A stretch of DNA of 64,000 bases from Eledone cirrhosa (Eukaryota). The stretch spans positions 6,262,001 to 6,326,000 of the forward strand of contig OZ024752.1 in NCBI GenBank assembly GCA_964016885.1, read 5' to 3'. Positions 55,821-64,000 of the stretch are shown here, piece by piece. A program made the translations under genes and the position numbers. Each line of letters opens with the position of its first letter. Positions within the stretch are counted from its first letter, which is position 1. The notes below the pieces were generated by a model. It saw only the letters and a program-made list of their open reading frames with translations, did not search any database and was not told where the DNA came from.

Positions 55821-58800
55821 TACAGTGGTACAACAAAACTCCAATATCTTGACCAGGCCACAGTGGTACAACCAAACACCAATATCTTGACCAGGCCACA
55901 GTGGTACAACCAAACACCAATATCTTGACTAGGCCACAGTGGTACAACCAAACACCAATATCTTGACCTGGCCACAGTGGTACAACCAAACACCAATATA
56001 TTGACCAGGCCACAGTGGTACAACCAAACACCAATATCTTGACCAGGCCACAGTGGTACAACCAAACACCAATATCTTGACTAGGCTGCAGTGGTACAAC
56101 CAAACACCAATATCTTGACCAGGCCACAGTGGTACAACCAAACACCAATATCTTGACTAAGCTGCAGTGGTACAACCAAACACCAATATATTGACCAGGC
56201 CACAGTAGTACAACCAGACACCAATATCTTGACCAGGCCACAGTGGTACAACCAAACACCAATATATTGACTAGGCCACAGTGGTACAACCAAACACCAA
56301 TATCTTGACCAGGCCACAGTGGTACAACCAAACACCAATATCTTGACCAGGCCACAGTGGTACAACCAAACACCAATATCTTGACTAGGCTGCAGTGGTA
56401 CAACTAAACACCAATATCTTGACCAGGCCACAGTGGTACAGCCAAACACCAATATCTTGACCAGGCCACAGTGGTACAACCAAACACCAATATCTTGACC
56501 AGGCTACAGTGGTACAACCAAACAACATCTTGACCAGGCCACAGTGGTACAACCAAACACCAATATCTTGACCAGGCCACAGTGGTACAACCAAACACCA
56601 ATATCTTGACTAGGCTGCAGTGGTACAACCAGACACCAATATCTTGACCAGGCCACAGTGGTACAACCAAACACCAATATCTTGACCAGGCCACAGTGGT
56701 ACTACCAAACACCAATATCTTGACTAGGCTGCAGTGGTACAACCAAACACCAATATATTGACCAGGCCACAGTGGTACAACCAAACACCAATATCTTGAC
56801 CAGGCCACAGTGGTACTACCAAACACCAATATATTGACTAGGCTGCAGTGGTACAACCAAACACCAATATATTGACCAGGCCAGTGGTACAACCAAACAC
56901 CAATATCTTGACCAGGCCACAGTGGTACAACCAAACACCAATATCTTGACCAGGCCACAGTGGTACAACCAAACACCAATATATTGACCAGGCCACAGTG
57001 GTACAACCAAACACAAATATCTTGACCAGGCCACAGTGGTACAACCAGACACCAATATCTTGACCAGGCCACAGTGGTACAACCAAACACCAATATCTTG
57101 ACCAGGCCACAGTGGTACAACCAAACACCAATATCTTGACCAGGCCACAGTGGTACAACCAAACACCAATATCTTGACCAGGCCACAGTGGTACAACAAA
57201 ACACCAATATCTTGACTAGGCTGCAGTGGTACAACCAAACACCAATATCTTGACCAGGCCACAGTGGTACAACAAAACACCAATATCTTGACCAGGCTGT
57301 AGTGGTACAACAAAACACCAATATATTGACCAGGCCACAGTAGTACAACCAAACACCAATATCTTGACCAGGCCACAGTGGTACAACCAAACACCAATAT
57401 CTTGACTAGGCTGCAGTGGTACAACCAAACACCAATATCTTGACCAGGCCACAGTGGTACAACCAAACACCAATATCTTGACCAGGCCACAGTGGTACAA
57501 CCAAACACCAATATCTTGACTAGGTTGCAGTGGTACAACAAAACACCAATATCTTGACTAGGCTGCAGTGGTACAACCAAACACCAATATCTTGACCAGG
57601 CCACAGTGGTACAACCAAACACCAATATCTTGACTAGGCTGCAGTGGTACAACCAAACACCAATATCTTGACCAGGCCACAGTGGTACAACCAAACACCA
57701 ATATCTTGACTAGGCTGCAGTGGTACAACCAAACACCAATATCTTGACCAGGCCACAGTGGTACAACCAAACACCAATATCTTGACCAGGCCACAGTGGT
57801 ACAACCAAACACCAATATCTTGACTAGGTTGCAGTGGCACAACAAAACACCAATATCTTGACTAGGCTGCAGTGGTACAACCAAACACCAATATCTTGAC
57901 CAGGCCACAGTGGTACAACAAAACACCAATATCTTGACTAGGCTGCAGTGGTACAACCAAACACCAATATCTTGACCAGGCCACAGTGGTACAACCAAAC
58001 ACCAATATCTTGACTAGGTTGCAGTGGTACAACAAAACACCAATATCTTGACTAGGCTGCAGTGGTACAACCAAACACCAATATCTTGACCAGGCCACAG
58101 TGGTACAACCAAACACCAATATCTTGACCAGGCCACAGTGGTACAACCAAACACCAATATCTTGACTAGGTTGCAGTGGTACAACCAAACACCAATATCT
58201 TGACTAGGTTGCAGTGGTACAACCAAACACCAATATCTTGACCAGGCCACAGTGGTACAACCAAACACCAATATCTTGACCAGGCCACAGTGGTACAACC
58301 AAACACCAATATCTTGACTAGGTTGCAGTGGTACAACCAAACACCAATATCTTGACCAGGCCACAGTGGTACAACCAAACACCAATATCTTGACCAGGCC
58401 ACAGTGGTACAACCAAACACCAATATCTTGACCAGGCCACAGTGGTACAACCAAACACCGATATCTTGACCAGGCCACAGTGGTACAACCAAACACCAAT
58501 ATCTTGACTAGGTTGCAGTGGTACAACCAAACACCAATATCTTGACCAGGCCACAGTGGTACAACCAAACACCAATATCTTGACCAGGCCACAGTGGTAC
58601 AACCAAACACCAATATCTTGACCAGGCCACAGTGGTACAACCAAACACCAATATCTTGACTAGGTTGCAGTGGTACAACCAAACACCAATATCTTGACCA
58701 GGCCACAGTGGTACAACCAAACACCAATATCTTGACCAGGCCACAGTGGTACAACCAAACACCAATATCTTGACCAGGCCACAGTGGTACAACCAAACAC

Positions 58801-60050
58801 CAATATCTTGACTAGGTTGCAGTGGTACAACCAAACACCAATATCTTGACCAGGCCACAGTGGTACAACCAAACACCAATATCTTGACCAGGCCACAGTG
58901 GTACAACCAAACACCAATATCTTGACTAGGTTGCAGTGGTACAACCAAACACCAATATCTTGACCAGGCCACAGTGGTACAACCAAACACCAATATCTTG
59001 ACCAGGCCACAGTGGTACAACCAAACACCAATATCTTGACCAGGCCACAGTGGTACAACCAAACACCAATATCTTGACTAGGTTGCAGTGGTACAACCAA
59101 ACACCAATATCTTGACCAGGCCACAGTGGTACAACCAAACACCAATATCTTGACCAGGCCACAGTGGTACAACCAAACACCAATATCTTGACTAGGTTGC
59201 AGTGGTACAACCAAACACCAATATCTTGACCAGGCCACAGTGGTACAACCAAACACCAATATCTTGACCAGGCCACAGTGGTACAACCAAACACCAATAT
59301 CTTGACCAGGCCACAGTGGTACAACCAAACACCAATATCTTGACCAGGCCACAGTGGTACAACCAAACACCAATATCTTGACCAGGCCACAGTGGTACAA
59401 CCAAACACCAATATCTTGACCAGGCCACAGTGGTACAACCAAACACCAATATCTTGACCAGGCCACAGTGGTACAACCAAACACCAATATCTTGACCAGG
59501 CCACAGTGGTACAACCAAACACCAATATCTTGACTAGGTTGCAGTGGTACAACAAAACACCAATATCTTGACTAGGCTGCAGTGGTACAACCAAACACCA
59601 ATATCTTGACCAGGCCACAGTGGTACAACCAAACACCAATATCTTGACTAGGCTGCAGTGGTACAACCAAACACCAATATCTTGACCAGGCCACAGTGGT
59701 ACAACCAAACACCAATATCTTGACCAGGCCACAGTGGTACAACAAAACACCAATATCTTGACTAGGCTGCAGTGGTACAACAAAACACCAATATCTTGAC
59801 CAGGCCACAGTGGTACAACCAAACACCAATATATTGACTAGGCTGCAGTGGTACAACCAAACACCAATATCTTGACCAGGCCACAGTGGTACAACCAAAC
59901 ACCAATATCTTGACCAGGCCACAGTGGTACAACCAAACACCAATATCTTGACCAGGCCACAGTGGTACAACCAAACACCAATATATTGACTAGGCTGCAG
60001 TGGTACAACCAAACACCAATATATTGACTAGGCTGCAGTGGTACAACCAA
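55821..60050. repeat. 38-bp minisatellite, ~110 copies (4.2 kb) in Crk intron 5
   Basis: Unit CCACAGTGGTACAACCAAACACCAATATCTTGACCAGG with interspersed TAGGCTGC/TAGGTTGC variants. Confidence 0.97.
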
Positions 60051-60271
60051 AATTTTGACACCACAAAATAAATGAAAAGTAAATAAAACTTGTTTTTTCA
60101 ACATTTCCAAGTGGTTACTTTAGTACACTAATACAACTCCAAAAGTATGTCGATACAATAATTATCGTTAGTTTTTATTGTAGATGTTTTACATAAAATT
60201 TGGTTTCTTTAATGTAAATTTTATTTATAAATTTTTATCCATTTTATTTTTGGTTTAATTCAACATGTTAG

Positions 60272-60361
60272 TACGACCCAAACCAGCAACAACGATTAAG
60301 TAATTCTCAAAATAGAGATTTTCAGCCTATACTTCCATTCACACCTTTAATTAATCCAAAG
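60272..60361 (+). CDS. Crk: Crk exon 6 (inter-SH3 linker)
   Basis: tgttag|TAC...AAG|gtaagt; 90 nt, phase 0-0, open: YDPNQQQRLSNSQNRDFQPILPFTPLINPK. Supported by splice sites and frame rather than by homology. Confidence 0.78.
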
Positions 60362-60576
60362 GTAAGTTCACTTTTACTGTGTTATTTCTTTCTCTAAAGC
60401 AAAGCTTCTCAAACATTTTACTGGATAAACTACTTGGAACAAAATTTAACCTTTAATCACACCCCACTGCCAAACATATTAATTATAAAATTACAAAATA
60501 TTACTAATTTACCTGTGATTAATACAATTAAATATATATTTTACATTAAACACAATGAGACATCTGTAAATAATAA

Positions 60577-60970
60577 TATTGTTTGTACTTTTGGCACAAG
60601 GCCAGCATAACCCCAGTGCATTACTGGTACTTTATTTTATCGACCCCCGTAAGGATGAAAGGCAAAGTTAACCTCGGCGGGATTTGAACTCAGAACGTAA
60701 AGGGCCGTAATGATCAGAGTTCAAATCCCGCCGAGATAATAATATTTGTTTCTACTTTAGGCACAAGGCCAGCAATAACCCAGTTCATTACTGGTACTTT
60801 ATTTTATCAGTAATGAACTGGGTAATTGCTGGCCTTGTGCCTAAAGTAGAACGCCGAGATAATAATATTGTTTCTACTTTAGGCACAAGGCCAGCAATTA
60901 TCCAGTACATTACTGGTACTTTATTTTATCGACCCCGTAAGGATGAAAGGCAAAGTTAACCTCGACGGGA
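60577..60970. mobile_element. Cluster of rearranged SINE family B fragments with internal fold-backs
   Basis: Three reverse tail copies plus short forward pieces; hairpin at ~60751-60852. Confidence 0.8.
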
Positions 60971-62176
60971 TATTTAGATATATATATTAGTTCCTTCATG
61001 ATTCTCTGCCTGCATTACTGTGGTAACATGTCAAGAGTTATCTCTCTTACTGTGGCAACACCTCAGGAGTTATCTCCCTTACTGCAACAAATTCTTTTTT
61101 TTTTCTTCCAAAATCAAAAGTGTATCTGTGTGTGTTGGACCTCTGAGTGATAAGTTGACAGAATATTCCACTGTCACATGAATCCTTTAGGTAATTCTCA
61201 GGAAGATTCATCATGAGACAGTGTCTTATAAGGCTGGTCCTTTCAATTATAGGTACTATTTTTTTCTAGCTAAGTGGTCTGTAAAATAAAGGACATAGCA
61301 CTCTGCTAGGAATAAAGCTTGTAAGGCAAAACCCCCTAACCCCTAAATCATACATATGTACTGTGATATTTATCTAAGCTTGGTCTAAATGGGGTCTGGC
61401 AAACACCCTAACCCCTAAATCATACATAAGTACTGTAATATTTATCTGATAAGTTTGGTCTAAATGGGGTCTGGATTTCTAGATACAAATTAAATATACT
61501 TTATAATCATCATTTAACGTCCACTTTCTCTACTAGCAAGGTTTGACAGGTCTTCACAGACTGAGTCTGTACTAAAGTGAGGTCACCGACTTCCCAGACA
61601 GGTTGGGGAGGGGGGGGGGTCATCTTGCTTACATAAGGTTCCACGTACCAAGTGTAATTTATCTTGGCACCAGCACTTTGACATAACTGGAGGGTCCTCT
61701 CAACCCTTTGTTGGGAGGCTTTCTACAGCTGGATGCCCTTCCTAATACCAACCACTTTACAGCGTGTACTGGGAGTGTTTATCATGTAGATTACTAACAC
61801 TAGGGAGGTTGTTGTGCCATTGACACAACTGAGGGTCCTTTCAACCCTTTCAGGCATAGTTTCTACAGTGTGGTACCCTTTCTGTTGCTAACTACTTTAC
61901 AGAGTGTACCTGGTGCATTTTCGTGGCACCATCACTTGAGAGGTTGTTGGTCATAGTCCCAACATATACTGACTGTTCCACTGAGAGTAGTGAGGGTGAA
62001 GATGTCTGAATCTGTCACTGCATGGCTACCTAAACTCCTTAGTGAAAGTTTGCTATAATTTACCAAGTCATACTCGATTCTGAGTGATGGCCGTAGTTTT
62101 TGGTTTTTATTTCAAATGTATATATGATTTCCAAAAGTGTTACGTGAGCATCATTTCTCAATTTTGTGTATTTTAG

Positions 62177-62254
62177 GTCAAATTACCAGCTCAAGCTAAA
62201 GTAAAACAACAGCGAATACCAAATATATATGATAAAACACAGCTAAAACTTGAG
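62177..62254 (+). CDS. Crk: Crk exon 7 (start of C-terminal SH3)
   Basis: ttttag|GTC...GAG|gtaggg; VKLPAQAKVKQQRIPNIYDKTQLKLE (cf. RVPNAYDKTALALE). Confidence 0.94.
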
Positions 62255-62429
62255 GTAGGGTTTTCATTTATATAACAAAACTCTAGATTTGTTTAACCCT
62301 TTTGATTTTAAACCAACGAAACTGTCCATGGTGTGCAACAATACAATACTGTTTAAAGTGTTTATCTAAAAACTGTCCATCATACTTATCTGTAAGAACC
62401 TTTGACTGGATGCCCTTCCTAATGCCAAC

Positions 62430-63368
62430 TACTGTTACAGAGTGTACTGGGTGCATTTCATCGTGGTACCAGAACTGCCACTTTACCGAGTGTACTGAAT
62501 GCGTTTTATCATGGCACCAACACTATTATTTTACAAAGTCTACCGGATGTATTTTATTGTGGCACCAGCACTACCACTTTATAGAGTGGGGTTGGTGCAA
62601 TTCATCATGACACTAACACTTTACAGAGTGTACTGGGTGTATTTTATCATGACACCAGCACTACCATTTTACAGAGTGTACTGGGTGTATTTTATCACGA
62701 CACCAACACTACCACTTTACAGAGTATACTGGGTATATTTTATCATGACATAAACACTACCATTTACAGAGTGTACTAGGTGTATTTCATCATGACACCA
62801 ATACTATCACTATACAGAATGTACTGGGTGTATTTTATCATGACACCAGCACTACCACTTTACAAAATGTACTGAGTGTATTTTATCATGATACGAACAC
62901 TACCACTTTACAGAGTGTACTGGGTGTATTTTATCATGACACCAGCACTACCATTTTACAGAGTGTACTGGGTGTATTTCATCATGACACCAACACTATC
63001 ACTATACAGAGTGTACTCGGTGTATTTTATCATGACACCAACGCTACCACTTTACAGAGTGTACTGGGTGTATTTTATCATGACACCAACACTACCACTT
63101 TACAGAGTGTACTGGATGTATTTTATCGTGGCACCAGAACAACCACTTTACAGAGTGTACTGGGTGTATTTTCTCATGTCACCAACACTATTACTTTACA
63201 GAGTATACTGGGTGTATTTTATCATGACACCAGAGCCACCATTTTACAGTGGACTTGGTGTATTTTATCATGATACAAACACTACCACTTTACAGAGTGA
63301 ACTGGGTGTATTTTATCATGACACCAACACTACCACTTTACAGCATGTACTGGGAGTGTTTTATCGCG
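62430..63368. repeat. Diverged 48-bp minisatellite (~19 copies) from the LINE/SINE tail, filling Crk intron 7
   Basis: Unit ~CCACTTTACAGAGTGTACTGGGTGTATTTTATCATGACACCAGCACTA, after CTGGATGCCCTTCCTAATGCC. Confidence 0.9.
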
Positions 63369-63437
63369 GTTTTAATATTTATGCATTATAATATTTAAGT
63401 GATACAATTTATTGGCTATTTTTTCTCTATTGATTAG

Positions 63438-63611
<174 letters not shown>

Positions 63612-64000
63612 ATTTCTACAGAAAGACCAGCTCTGATTAGTGGCTGGCACCATTGGACACTTTTTTATTTCCAAATATTGAAATAGCCAAAATAAGGATT
63701 ATTAAACCCGCAAAAAAATTAATATCTATATTTGGCACCCAACAGAACATAAGTGCGTGTGTATTGTGTGTGTAAATATGTGTGCGCAAGTGTGTGTGCG
63801 TGCGTGTGTATATATGCACACATCGATGTGTGAGTGCATATGTGTGCTTCCTGAAATAATAACTTTTATATTGCTATATACATACACGCCAACTATTGAA
63901 AAAAGAAACAAAAAAACAGTTTATTTGTTGCAACTCTGTTCGTTGCAGACGTCAGATTTAAAACTCTATCCTCGTTCTCCTTCATTTCTCTTTCCATTAT

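Noticed and set aside
55821-60050. CRISPR-like appearance of 32-47 bp periodic arrays (also 44545-47065, 38330-39556, 23365-24848)
   Set aside because: Units are head-to-tail with no unique spacers, there are no cas genes, and the context is eukaryotic.

Overview
Eukaryotic, AT-rich, repeat-dense genomic DNA with GT-AG introns and one 200-N gap at 1208-1407. The tRNA-derived SINE families and RTE LINEs look like those of octopus or another coleoid cephalopod; this is an inference and was not verified. Almost all long ORFs in the supplied track are artefacts of tandem repeats. I reconstructed two + strand genes by hand. (1) The last three coding exons of a synaptobrevin/VAMP-family SNARE (7152-10200; first exon not found), whose conserved zero-layer Arg is replaced by His (CAT). 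(2) A complete 8-exon Crk adaptor gene (36149-63611, 275 aa, SH2-SH3-SH3). The rest is RTE and CR1-type LINE fragments, a deleted DD37D/maT transposon, MITEs, SINEs, about 20 minisatellite arrays and microsatellites. Main points of interest: at least four complete-looking plus several decayed type I hammerhead-ribozyme motifs in fold-back elements, including on the sense strand of the VAMP 3' region and Crk intron 2; a 33-bp minisatellite that has copied the Crk exon-5 splice donor in frame to give 12 donors; the His zero layer, which one A-to-I edit would restore to Arg; and one LINE/SINE-tail segment that repeatedly seeds minisatellites.
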